Shown in pieces: positions 10,259 to 19,934 of a stretch of 32,000 nt of DNA. The notes under the pieces are model-generated. The model was given only the letters and a program-made list of their open reading frames with translations. It did no database searches and had not been told where the DNA came from. The stretch is from NCBI RefSeq assembly GCF_000829235.1, contig NZ_AP012549.1, positions 1,110,001 through 1,142,000 of the forward strand, in the 5' to 3' direction. The translations under genes were made by a program, and so were the position numbers. The DNA comes from a cyanobacterium endosymbiont of Epithemia turgida isolate EtSB Lake Yunoko (GTDB lineage: Bacteria; Cyanobacteriota; Cyanobacteriia; Cyanobacteriales; Microcystaceae). Each line of letters opens with the position of its first letter. The first letter of the stretch is position 1.

Positions 10259-10287
10259 CCCTTTCCTCTTTCTTGGAAGGGGTTTTT
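10259..10287 (+). terminator. Intrinsic terminator downstream of ilvB
   Basis: The stem pairs ccctttcc (10259-10266) with ggaagggg (10275-10282), 8 bp including one G-U. The loop is tctttctt and ttttt follows (10283-10287). It lies 42 nt after the ilvB stop. Confidence 0.7.
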
Positions 10288-10414
10288 GATTGCTGACAAA
10301 AAGTTCATCAATTTTCACGAGAAAAAGGCTATTTTTTGTGTAATATTTTCCCCCTTAATTTAAAAAAGATGTGAGTTAATTCAATGAGCTTAATTTACTT
10401 TTATTGTTTTAAAT

Positions 10415-11449
10415 TTAAGGCTCCTGTCGAAAAACCTTCCCTTTCCCAGCAGGATTATCGACATAGTGCCATTTTTGCTCATCCAACTCAATCACAGGGG
10501 GATCAGAATTTTGCTTGGATTGGAAAATCCTTTTATAGAGAGTAGAATCACTAATGCCTAACTTCTCAGCCATTTGAGATCTAGTGAGTACCCTAGACTT
10601 AGATGACTCTTGATTAGTTGTTATCATCGAGGGGGTGGTTTGTATTTCTGATTTGGTGAATACCGCCTCTTTCTCGATTATTAGACTAGGTTTAGCAAGT
10701 TTTTGGGGTTTAACAAAAAATGTTTTGTTGTCTTGAAGAGGAGGCTGTTCTACAGATGGTTTAATGGGCTTGCGGTAACGAGGAATCCTCTCGGTTGGCA
10801 GTTCAAGATCTTCAATCCATCCCCAACAATTACGGGAAGGGATGAACTTGAAAACGGCTTGAATAAACCAGCGTTTGGGTAATTGTTCCTTGGGAATTTT
10901 AGGATTAAATTTGAAGGGACGCGGATCGTCATTACGGCGCATCAATACGGGAAGATGAGAAGCTTTAAATTTCCCTTGCGGGTCAGTGGCATTAGAATTT
11001 CTATAGATCGAGATCACTGGTGTTCTTAATTGAGGAACAAATTGCCAAATTCCTCGAAACTTAAAAATTCCTCGGGTTTCCTCCCATTGATTTTCTTCTC
11101 CCCAAGCGGCAACTTGAAAGCGAATAATGGGGTCTTTTCTGGGAATGAGCAGACACTTAGGATAAACTCGCAAATAGATAGGGTTTTCAGGAGAATTGCT
11201 ATGTTGTTTCAGCCAAGCTTTGTAGCGATAGCCAGGAAAGAATAAACTGTAATTTTTTCCTGCGATGGCGAGGGCAAATTTTCCCTCTTCTTCTTGATGA
11301 GGAGTCCCATAAAGAGTGCCAATTGCCTGAAAAAGGAGAGGTTGGTCCTCAGTGTCAGCAACAGATTGAGAATCAGAATCAACGATTAAAGGGGGTAGCT
11401 GCTCTACTTTTTGGTGAGTTTGATGAGAGAGTTCGTTGGCGGCAGGCAT
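10415..11449 (-). CDS. Hypothetical protein with a C-terminal helix-turn-helix
   Basis: 344-aa ORF with coding-like composition. It has an acidic N-terminus and a W/F/R/K-rich central region I do not recognise. The C-terminal segment LTRSQMAEKLGISDSTLYKRI looks like a classic HTH. Confidence 0.6.
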   Translation of the reverse strand: MPAANELSHQTHQKVEQLPPLIVDSDSQSVADTEDQPLLFQAIGTLYGTPHQEEEGKFALAIAGKNYSLFFPGYRYKAWLKQHSNSPENPIYLRVYPKCLLIPRKDPIIRFQVAAWGEENQWEETRGIFKFRGIWQFVPQLRTPVISIYRNSNATDPQGKFKASHLPVLMRRNDDPRPFKFNPKIPKEQLPKRWFIQAVFKFIPSRNCWGWIEDLELPTERIPRYRKPIKPSVEQPPLQDNKTFFVKPQKLAKPSLIIEKEAVFTKSEIQTTPSMITTNQESSKSRVLTRSQMAEKLGISDSTLYKRIFQSKQNSDPPVIELDEQKWHYVDNPAGKGKVFRQEP

Positions 11450-13094
11450 AAATAATAAACTTCATAATCGGCTGAATTTGTCCCATTATTATAGACCCGA
11501 TGAACAAAGGATTCTAAGTATCGTTAAGGATGGGTTACATACTTTTGAGATCGGGATTAGATTTAAATTTACACTCCTTTTAGTTTTGTTGAAGCCGTAG
11601 GATTCTCATAATATAGTGGATCCTTATGATATAGCCCAGTCGAATAAGGATAGCTAAACGTATTTTTGTTTGACTGGATTCACCAAATCAATAGCTATGC
11701 AAAACAGTCCATCAATTACACTGTTCAATCTAATATACATAACTAGATTTTTAAGTCTAAGCAATACTTGAGTCCAAATTTCAAAAATAGAGCTCGAAAA
11801 ATACTTATTCAACACTATTTTTAATAACTGTTTCCGATGAATCATCATCAGGTAGTTTGCTCAACTATTATACTTGTTACTATACTATATTTGATTCGCT
11901 GATTATAGATAGGGCAACATTATACTAGTTGACCTTAAGTTCTTGTTTAGTAAATTGAATATACTACTTAGTATAGTGGGTTTTTAAAAAAATTATTTTA
12001 ATTTTATCTTATTTTTTATGAAACTAAATATTTATAAATAAGTATTTAAAAGTAAATAATTTTATATGCTTACAGTTGATTAGAATCCATTTTAGATTTC
12101 CTTAGAAAGATTTTCTTATTTTGTGATAAATATTTAGATTAATTAACTCAGGTAAATACTGTTCATTTTAAAATGAATTGTTAATTTTTCTATAAATTGT
12201 ATTTTACAATGTTTTCTCTATATCGGATTTAACAATAAAATCTAATTTTACATAATAAATCTATATAAAATTCCTGTTTTTATTGTTTAGTTTTTGCTTG
12301 AAATTAAGCATTTATATAATACTTAAGTATTAAGAGTATTTTATTTTTCTTTACAGTATTTTTTGCACTACCAGGCTTTTGGAATTTTTTATATTTTTAC
12401 GGAAATTATTTTTACTTCTATCTCTTTATTTGAAAGATTAAATTGTTACTATTTTGTATAAAATTAATTTTTATTTCAAGGGCCATTTAAAATTTTTGAT
12501 ATTCTAGTATTTTTTATAAATTCTTATATTTTCCCTATTTTTTGAATAATTAATCTAAAAATTATTATTTTATTGTATTTTTTAAAAATTTTATCTACTC
12601 TGCCATTTCTTGAATTTTATACATTTTTAAATATAAGCATAGTATTTCCCATTTGATTATCCTTATGGAATAATTTTTGGAGTCATAAGTCAATTTCTGC
12701 AGTTTTTATTTTTATAATTTTATCAGCTTAATTGTTATATATTATAAAATATAAAAATTATTTTTTAAAGTATATTTTTGTCCTATGCATACTTAATACA
12801 ATTAACTTATTTGGATAAAAGAGTAAAGTTTTTATTATTAATGACTTAACATTAATTACAAAATAATTTCAATAAATCACCTAAAAAAAATTAAAGTGCT
12901 ATAATCTAACTTAGATATAATCATGTTTACGTTTTAATCAAGTATTCTCAAAAACTTACTCTATCGTCTATTACTAACATTTATTTTAAATGTACTTATA
13001 TTCGTCAATAAAAACTAATAAAAGCCGTCGTCTTACGAGGTAGTTTCAGATCTAAAGTTTTTGAATAGTAGTAATTATAAATACAATTTGATAT

Positions 13095-13817
13095 ATGCTA
13101 ACTAATCCTCCCTCATTTCCTATTTTTAATGTTTTCGTACATCTTCTTGATGATTATTCTTCTTGGCTACTTCAATGCCTCAATCATCATCAAGGAGTTC
13201 ATGTTGTGACTCTGAACGCAGAGATGGCTATGTTAGCCGAAAAAGACTCCTCGGTGGCAGAAGTCATTCGTGAAGCTGATTTAGTAATTCCTGATGGAGC
13301 TGGTGTCGTCCTCTATCTGCGGCTGCGCCAACAAAGACAACAACGATGTCCAGGAATTGAACTGGCACAATCGTTGCTTCAAGAATTGGGGTCACAAGAA
13401 AATTTCCCTTTAATTGTTTTTTATGGGGGAAAACCTGGAATCAGCCATGCAGCGGCAGACCAATGGCGTAAGAAATTTCCAAACATTTCTATTCTTTCAT
13501 CCCATGGCTATTTATCCTCAGAAGAAGAAGATCTATGGCGACAAACTCTATTGGACAAACAACCCCAATTAATTCTTGTAGGATTGGGGGTTCCTCGTCA
13601 GGAATTTTGGATTAGGCAACACCGTTATTTATGTCCCCAAGGGATTTGGATTGGGGTTGGCGGAAGCTTTGATATTTGGTCTGGGACTAAAGACCGGGCT
13701 CCTCGGTGGTTACGAGACAACAATTTAGAGTGGCTCTATCGTTTATATCAAGAACCCTGGCGTTGGCAGCGAATGTTAGCTCTACCTAGGTTTTTGTTAC
13801 GATCACTTATCCATTAA
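13095..13817 (+). CDS. WecB/TagA/CpsF family glycosyltransferase
   Basis: 240-aa ORF with family pattern VVTLNAEM, PDGAGVV, LVGLGVPRQEFW, GVGGSFD and RAPRWLRDNNLEWLYRLYQEPWR. Confidence 0.85.
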   Translation: MLTNPPSFPIFNVFVHLLDDYSSWLLQCLNHHQGVHVVTLNAEMAMLAEKDSSVAEVIREADLVIPDGAGVVLYLRLRQQRQQRCPGIELAQSLLQELGSQENFPLIVFYGGKPGISHAAADQWRKKFPNISILSSHGYLSSEEEDLWRQTLLDKQPQLILVGLGVPRQEFWIRQHRYLCPQGIWIGVGGSFDIWSGTKDRAPRWLRDNNLEWLYRLYQEPWRWQRMLALPRFLLRSLIH

Positions 13818-14249
13818 ATCAAGATTACCGAGGGATTACTTTACAGTACTTTAATCCCGAGATAATAGCGAGCAGTATAGTTATATTGATCGTTTGTACA
13901 ATTATTTCTTCGGGTCGAGACTTTAATTAGTATGCTGTTGCTAAAAAAATTAAGACGCAAACCCAACTTAAAATATTGAACTACTTCAGTCAAATTATTT
14001 TATTATAGTCATTTTGTAACTATTTTTAAGGAACAATAGACTTTCGATTAACTAGTTTTGAGAATATTTATAGTATTTTAATACTAAACATTAAAAATGG
14101 ACAATGAGAGGAATAGTTAAGCAATACCTCTCGGTCATTAAAACAACTTCACATATAGAAAATTTGTTTAAATACTAGCCTCTCTAAAAGATCTTTATAC
14201 ATTGCAACTAATTTTTTTTATAAGACATAACAATTCTCCCTTTGATAAC

Positions 14250-15416
14250 TTAAAGACTGCTGACGAATTGAGCTAATCTGTCGATTCCTTTTTCGATAGA
14301 AGTTAAATCAGTGGCATATGATAAACGAATACAGTTATCTGTCCCGAATACTTTCCCTGGAACAGCTGTGACTTTTTGAGATTCTAAAAGTGCTTCACAA
14401 AAATCGAGAGAACTAATCTTGGTGTGACTAATATCTGCAAAAACATAAAAAGCACCCATGGGGGTCGGACAACTTAGGTGAGGAATTGTCATAATTCCGT
14501 CCAAAATGACTTGACGACGTTTAGTAAAGGCTTGTAGCATTTGCTCGACAGAGTCTTGAGATTCTTCTAAAGCGGCAATTGCTCCATATTGGGCAAAAGT
14601 ACACACGTTAGAGGTACTATGACTTTGGATGGTATTAGTAGCTTCAATTAATTCTATGGGCGCAGCCAAATATCCTACACGCCACCCTGTCATTGAGTAA
14701 CTTTTAGCAAAGCCATTACTAATAATTGTACGATTAAAAATCTCAGAACTCACTGCTCCAATGCTGAGATGCTCTGCCCCGTCATAGAGAATCTTTTCAT
14801 AAATTTCGTCGGAAACCACCCACAAATTGTTCTCTATAATGACCTCTGCTAACGCCTTAATTTCTGTGGCAGAATAAACAGTTCCGGTTGGATTCGAGGG
14901 AGAATTTAGAACAAATAATTTTGTTTTAGGGGTAATCGCTCGACGCAGTTGAGCTGGAGTGATTTTATAGCTTGTTTCTGTTGTTGTTTGCACAATTACC
15001 GGTGTTCCTGTTGCCAATTTAACCATTTCTGGATAACTTAACCAATAGGGAGCCGGGATAATTACTTCATCTTCAGGATCAATCAACGCTAACATCAAGT
15101 TAAATAAAGACTGTTTACCCCCATTGGTCACAATTATATTGTCTGGGGTATAGTTTAAATTGTTATCAATCCGTAACTTTTTGGCGATCGCTGCTCTTAG
15201 GGTAGGTTCTCCTGCTGCCGGACCATACTTAGTTTTTCCCTGATTTAGAGCGAGTTTGGCCGCTTCTTTGATATGTTGTGGGGTATCAAAGTCGGGTTCC
15301 CCAGTACTAAAGCTGCAGACATCAATACCTTGTGCTTTCATTGCCTTAGCTTTGGCGGCAATTGCAAGGGTAATTGACTGAGAAACCTTCCCCACTCGTG
15401 TTGCCAGTTTAATCAT
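14250..15416 (-). CDS. Class I pyridoxal-phosphate aminotransferase (aspartate aminotransferase-like)
   Basis: Motifs are [16 protein letters not shown] and [17 protein letters not shown], the last containing the PLP lysine. The track ORF begins at TTG 15443. ATG 15416 (MIKLATRVG...) matches the usual N-terminus better. Confidence 0.85.
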   Translation of the reverse strand: MIKLATRVGKVSQSITLAIAAKAKAMKAQGIDVCSFSTGEPDFDTPQHIKEAAKLALNQGKTKYGPAAGEPTLRAAIAKKLRIDNNLNYTPDNIIVTNGGKQSLFNLMLALIDPEDEVIIPAPYWLSYPEMVKLATGTPVIVQTTTETSYKITPAQLRRAITPKTKLFVLNSPSNPTGTVYSATEIKALAEVIIENNLWVVSDEIYEKILYDGAEHLSIGAVSSEIFNRTIISNGFAKSYSMTGWRVGYLAAPIELIEATNTIQSHSTSNVCTFAQYGAIAALEESQDSVEQMLQAFTKRRQVILDGIMTIPHLSCPTPMGAFYVFADISHTKISSLDFCEALLESQKVTAVPGKVFGTDNCIRLSYATDLTSIEKGIDRLAQFVSSL

Positions 15417-15562
15417 TCGATTCGATATTCCCAGGCCAAACAAATAATAATTCTATTCATGATATCGTTTCACTGGGGGTGTATCTCAGGTTTTAAGGAA
15501 TACTTTCTTAACGCCACAGGAAAATGGCACAATTAACTTATCAGAATTTATTTTAAAAGTCT

Positions 15563-16309
15563 ATGACTATGCATCCTCAATTACAGACAGCCTTTGCTCA
15601 ACATAAAGCCCTCAAAGTGATTAGTGGGTTAACCAATTTCGACACAGCGAACGTTACGGCTATTGTTAAAGCTGCCCAAGCTGGGGGCGCAACTTTTGTT
15701 GATATTGCCGCAGATGTTGCCTTGGTGCGCCATGTACGTCAATTAATTGATTTACCTATTTGTGTCTCAGCAATTAAACCAACGTTGTTTGTCGAAGCGG
15801 TTAAGGCAGGAGCCGATTTAATTGAAATCGGCAACTTTGATGCTTTTTATACCCAAGGACGGCGATTTAAAGCAGAAGAAGTTTTAGCCTTAACAAAAGA
15901 AACCCGCTCTCTTCTCCCTGAAATTACCCTTTCAGTGACGGTTCCCCACATTCTTCCCCTTGATGAACAAGCTCAATTAGCTGAGCGCTTAGTAGAATTT
16001 GGAGCTGATATTATCCAAACCGAAGGGGGATTCAGCAGCCAACCTACTCATGCAGGAATTTTAGGGTTAATTGAAAAGGCTGTCCCTACACTAGCTGCTG
16101 CTTGTAGCATTTCTGATGCAGTATCTGTTCCGGTGTTGTGTGCGTCAGGGTTATCTTCTGTGACTGTTCCTATGGCGGTTGCGGCTGGCGCGTCCGGCGT
16201 GGGGGTAGGATCAGCCATTAATAAACTGAATGACGAAGTAGCGATGGTCGCTGCTGTTCGTTCCTTGGTAGAGGCGTTAACCGCCAGTCCAGCTAGAATC
16301 ACCCATTAA
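15563..16309 (+). CDS. DUF561 / Ycf23-like TIM-barrel protein
   Basis: 248-aa ORF. The N-terminal KALKVISGLTNFD and the Ala/Gly-rich C-terminal half match my recollection of the cyanobacterial/plastid Ycf23 family. A clean intrinsic terminator follows. Confidence 0.7.
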   Translation: MTMHPQLQTAFAQHKALKVISGLTNFDTANVTAIVKAAQAGGATFVDIAADVALVRHVRQLIDLPICVSAIKPTLFVEAVKAGADLIEIGNFDAFYTQGRRFKAEEVLALTKETRSLLPEITLSVTVPHILPLDEQAQLAERLVEFGADIIQTEGGFSSQPTHAGILGLIEKAVPTLAAACSISDAVSVPVLCASGLSSVTVPMAVAAGASGVGVGSAINKLNDEVAMVAAVRSLVEALTASPARITH

Positions 16310-16330
16310 ATATTTCCTGGAATCGATCTG

Positions 16331-16361
16331 TAGAGACGTTTAACTCAAGCGTCTCTATTTT
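16331..16361 (+). terminator. Intrinsic terminator downstream of the Ycf23-like gene
   Basis: The stem pairs tagagacg (16331-16338) with cgtctcta (16350-16357). The loop is 11 nt and tttt follows (16358-16361). It lies 22 nt after the stop. Confidence 0.7.
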
Positions 16362-17056
16362 AATTAACTGGTTAAGCTGTTTAAAAATAAATATCAATAA
16401 TTCTGATTTGAGACTAAAAAGAATATAAAAATATTTTTTAAAAAACAAGACTATCCGCTGGTTATTATAAACTTAATAAGTATTGTATTTATTAAATTAA
16501 TGGTTAAGGACAAAAATTAATAAAATTATCATAAATAATAGAAAGTTTTATTCTATTAAACATTGTTAGTAAAAGGTTTAAACTGAAAATGTTCAAAAAT
16601 ATGGAAACAGTAACTTTTCAGAGTGATTTTTTGAAAAGATACTGAATTTAATCCTTTTTTTAAAAAAATAAGAATTTGAAATAATTCTGAACATTTATAA
16701 ATTATTGGCTAATCTAAGAATCAGTTAAATCAGTTAATATTTAAGTGAGAAGCAATATTATTAGTAGGTTTTTATGGGTTAAACTTTATCGTTGGTCATC
16801 TTTATGATGATAGAGAAAAATGATCACTTAAACTCCTTTAATGTACAGATTTTTTTATCCTAGTTCTGACTTAAAATACGAAATTCTAACTCTACTAACT
16901 TAATTTATTTTTTTTCATCAAACAAAAAAAATATCTTACCTCGTTCTAGAAGATTATGCCATAATGATAAGGTTTAAAGATCATCTTAAAGTGATATGTA
17001 TGTAATTATTTTTCTTGAAAAAATATTATTAGCTACTTCCTATATTTTAATATTTT

Positions 17057-17105
17057 TATTACTTTATAGTAGCTTTTAAAAATTTAAAGCTACTATAAAG
17101 TAATA
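17057..17105. repeat. 20-bp perfect inverted repeat, 9-nt loop, orphan
   Basis: tattactttatagtagcttt (17057-17076), loop taaaaattt, then aaagctactataaagtaata (17086-17105). It lies about 750 nt downstream of the nearest gene end. Confidence 0.9.
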
Positions 17106-17603
17106 GCTATTATCTTACAAAAAGATATGCTAATTGTTCCTATCTTCATATCAAGCAATGGATTAATTTTATTTGGTGATACATCTATCTTTATTGATCA
17201 AAATTCGACTACAACTTAAGATAATTATACCCGAGCATTACATAACGGTGAAAAGTTGCAAGAGTCCTATATTAAAATATTAATTTACTTAATACACATT
17301 GCATAAAAATTAACAATATAATTAATACTTTTTGCGAAAAATTATGAACCCTTATTTTTTTACATTGAATATCATCTTTTTTATTCTCTCCTTATTATTT
17401 TGTGATTTAAAAGAAGTAAATATTTTTCTTAAAAATTTTAATTTAACTTATTGTCATTATTCATATTGATTTAGATAAGTTGAATCAGATTTAGCGAATA
17501 GTTAGAGTCTCAAGTTAATTAATTTATTGATAGTCAATTTGATGAAAACTAACAACAAAATTATTATAATGGTAATAATTTTGTTTAGCTAGAAAAATAA
17601 AAT

Positions 17604-17670
17604 TAAAAACAATTAGGATAATAGTCAGTGATTTTATAAAAATTGCTGACTATTATCCTAATTGTTTTTA
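17604..17670. repeat. 25-bp perfect inverted repeat with a further-pairing 17-nt loop, orphan
   Basis: taaaaacaattaggataatagtcag (17604-17628) pairs with ctgactattatcctaattgttttta (17646-17670). Within the loop, atttt and aaaat can also pair. Confidence 0.9.
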
Positions 17671-17944
17671 TCCGTAACAATTCTAACTTAGATAGATTTG
17701 AGAGAAATTTTCAATGAATACTTCAATAATTTAACAATTTTGGTCTATAGTAGAAAAGAGTTCTGCTGGAACCTTAGTATACTTATATGACTCGTATTTA
17801 GTGAGTCAATTACTGAATAAACTCGATGCACAATACTCTTTGTCCGGGGAAAAATTACAGGTCATGAAAGTTTATTTTTGTTCGAAAACTGTTTTAATTC
17901 GAGATATTGCCCGTTCTCGTATGAAATACTTTTTTGATTAACTT

Positions 17945-17958
17945 GTAGTCTGATATAC
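17945..17958 (+). promoter_or_regulatory. GTA-N8-TAC motif (NtcA-consensus-like) 127 nt upstream of the peptide-type binding-protein gene
   Basis: gtagtctgatatac matches GTAN8TAC exactly. The nearest -10-like hexamer is gataac (17978-17983), only 19 nt downstream and a poor TAN3T match. A few such matches are expected by chance in this much AT-rich DNA. Confidence 0.2.
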
Positions 17959-18084
17959 ACTTTTCTGACACAATCACGATAACTGACAACTTCTACTGTT
18001 CCCTATTCCCACGTTGTGTTGAAATCATGAAAGTATCAGAGTGAAATCTTTTAGTCCATCCCATTTGAGGAGTCATAACTTATA

Positions 18085-19836
18085 GTGATAGTGATAAGGA
18101 AATTGTCAAGGAATTGTTCTTCAGTCGTACAAGTCTTGCTGTCTGTGGGAGTAACATTTGTTTTATTTGCTTGTAATCGTCAACAAAACAACCTAAGCTC
18201 TCAGATAACGCCCAAAAAACAAAGTGAAACCTTGAATTTATTGTACTGGCAGGCTCCCACTATTTTAAATCCTCATCTTTCTACAGGATTTAAAGATTCT
18301 GAAGCTAGTCGTATTACATTAGAACCTTTAGCTAGTTATGATAATCAAGGTAACTTGATCCCTTTTTTAGCCGCTGAAATTCCCTCTATAGAAAATGGGG
18401 GAATTTCACGTAATGGTAAGTCAGTAACATGGAAATTGAAAAAAGGAATCAAATGGTCAGATGGAACCCCATTTATCGCTGATGATGTTGTGTTTACCTA
18501 TCAATTCATTACTAATCCTAAAGTAGGTTCAACTAGTGCCAATAATTATGCTACTGTCGAAAAAGTTGAAGCCATAAATGAAAATACAGTAAAAGTAGTT
18601 TTTAAGCAACCTAATCCGGCCTGGGATCTTCCCTTTATTGGTGGAGGAGGAATGATTTTACCTCGCCATCTTTATGAAAAATATAACGGTAAGAATGCAC
18701 GGCAAGCCCCTGAGAATCTAATTCCTGTTGGTACAGGTCCCTATAAAGTTGTAGAATTTAGACCTGGAGATGTAGTGGTTTATCAAGTGAATTCCTATTT
18801 CCGGGAAATTGATCAATTAGGGTTTAAAACAATTAAATTGAAAGGAGGTGGAGATGCCACTTCTGCCGCACGAGCGGTGTTACAAACAGGAGATGTAGAC
18901 TATGCTTATAATCTACAAGTGGAAGTTAACATTCTCAACCAATTGGAAACAGGTGGAACTGGAAAAATAAAATCTATTTTTGGAGGGACTAGTGAAAGAA
19001 TTTTAATTAATTTAACTGATCCAAATAAAGCAACAGCAGAGGGAGAAAAATCTAGTTTAAAATTTCCCCATCCTTTTTTTCAAGATAGGCAAGTAAGGGA
19101 AGCTTTTAGTTTAGCAATAGATCGAGATACTATTGCTAAACAATTATATGGCATAACTGGAAAAGCTACCTCAAACTTTTTAATTGCTCCTACACAATAC
19201 AATTCTTTTAGCACAAGTTACGAGTTTAACTTAGAGAAAGCATCAAAGTTATTAGACAAAGCAGGGTGGAAAGACTCTAATAATAATGGAATTCGAGATA
19301 AAAATGGAATAGAAATGAAAGTAGTCTTTCAAACCTCAGTAAACCCACTACGCCAAAAAACACAAGAAATTGTTAAGCAAGGACTACGAAAAATAGGGGT
19401 AGCTGTTGAACTCAAAAACGTTGATGCAAGTATTTTCTTTTCCAGTGACCCAGCCAATACCGATACAGTAGAACATTTTTATGCTGATTTAGAAATGTTC
19501 ACAACTGGGAACAGAAATCCTGATCCCAGTACCTATATGAAGACCTATATGTGTGATACCATTCCTCAAAAATCAAACAACTGGTCTGGAGATAATTACT
19601 CCCGATATTGTAACCCAGAATATGATAGACTATGGCAACAAGCAACTCAAGAATTAGATCAAAAAAAACGACAAGAAATTTTTATTGAAATGAACGACAT
19701 TCTGGTTAATGATTTTGTGGCAATTCCCTTAATTCATCGAGCTGATGTTGTTGGAATTAGTGATAAAATTAAAGGATTCAAATCAACCCCTTGGGACTTT
19801 AATACCTGGAATATTAAAGATTGGAAAATATACTAA
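18085..19836 (+). CDS. ABC transporter substrate-binding lipoprotein, family 5 (peptide/nickel type)
   Basis: 583-aa ORF with a GTG start 12 nt after GAGGAG. It has a signal peptide with a lipobox-like LFAC. Length and blocks (WSDG.PF.ADDVVFTY, VGTGPYK) are typical of SBP_bac_5. Confidence 0.85.
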   Translation: MIVIRKLSRNCSSVVQVLLSVGVTFVLFACNRQQNNLSSQITPKKQSETLNLLYWQAPTILNPHLSTGFKDSEASRITLEPLASYDNQGNLIPFLAAEIPSIENGGISRNGKSVTWKLKKGIKWSDGTPFIADDVVFTYQFITNPKVGSTSANNYATVEKVEAINENTVKVVFKQPNPAWDLPFIGGGGMILPRHLYEKYNGKNARQAPENLIPVGTGPYKVVEFRPGDVVVYQVNSYFREIDQLGFKTIKLKGGGDATSAARAVLQTGDVDYAYNLQVEVNILNQLETGGTGKIKSIFGGTSERILINLTDPNKATAEGEKSSLKFPHPFFQDRQVREAFSLAIDRDTIAKQLYGITGKATSNFLIAPTQYNSFSTSYEFNLEKASKLLDKAGWKDSNNNGIRDKNGIEMKVVFQTSVNPLRQKTQEIVKQGLRKIGVAVELKNVDASIFFSSDPANTDTVEHFYADLEMFTTGNRNPDPSTYMKTYMCDTIPQKSNNWSGDNYSRYCNPEYDRLWQQATQELDQKKRQEIFIEMNDILVNDFVAIPLIHRADVVGISDKIKGFKSTPWDFNTWNIKDWKIY

Positions 19837-19885
19837 AGTTAACTTGTAAGTTGAGTATAAATAGATGATACAAAGTTTAGTTGTG

Positions 19886-19934
19886 AAACCTTATTTGTAA
19901 CAAGTAAAAGACAATATAAATAAAAATAAGGTTT
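19886..19934 (+). terminator. 11-bp inverted repeat 50 nt downstream of the binding-protein gene (weak terminator candidate)
   Basis: aaaccttattt (19886-19896) pairs with aaataaggttt (19924-19934). The loop is 27 nt and there is no T-tract. Confidence 0.3.

Noticed and set aside
10099-10363. Two overlapping plus-strand ORFs (65 and 72 aa) across the ilvB 3' end
   Set aside because: They are out of frame with ilvB and run straight through the inverted repeat and the intrinsic terminator, so they are artefacts of that structure.
10750-11245. ORFs 10750..10932 (-) and 11030..11245 (+) within the hypothetical HTH gene
   Set aside because: They are alternative-frame or antisense ORFs nested in a longer ORF with better coding character.
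11654-11848. 64-aa minus-strand ORF in the 1.6-kb AT-rich spacer
   Set aside because: The product is Ile/Lys/Leu/Asn-rich, reflecting AT composition. There is no RBS and no recognisable domain.
15184-15191. HIP1 octamer GCGATCGC
   Set aside because: I saw only a single copy in 32 kb, inside the aminotransferase gene. That is no enrichment, so it is not informative.
16048-16302. 84-aa minus-strand ORF inside the Ycf23-like gene
   Set aside because: It is the Ala/Thr-rich mirror of the Ala/Gly-rich sense strand, a shadow ORF.
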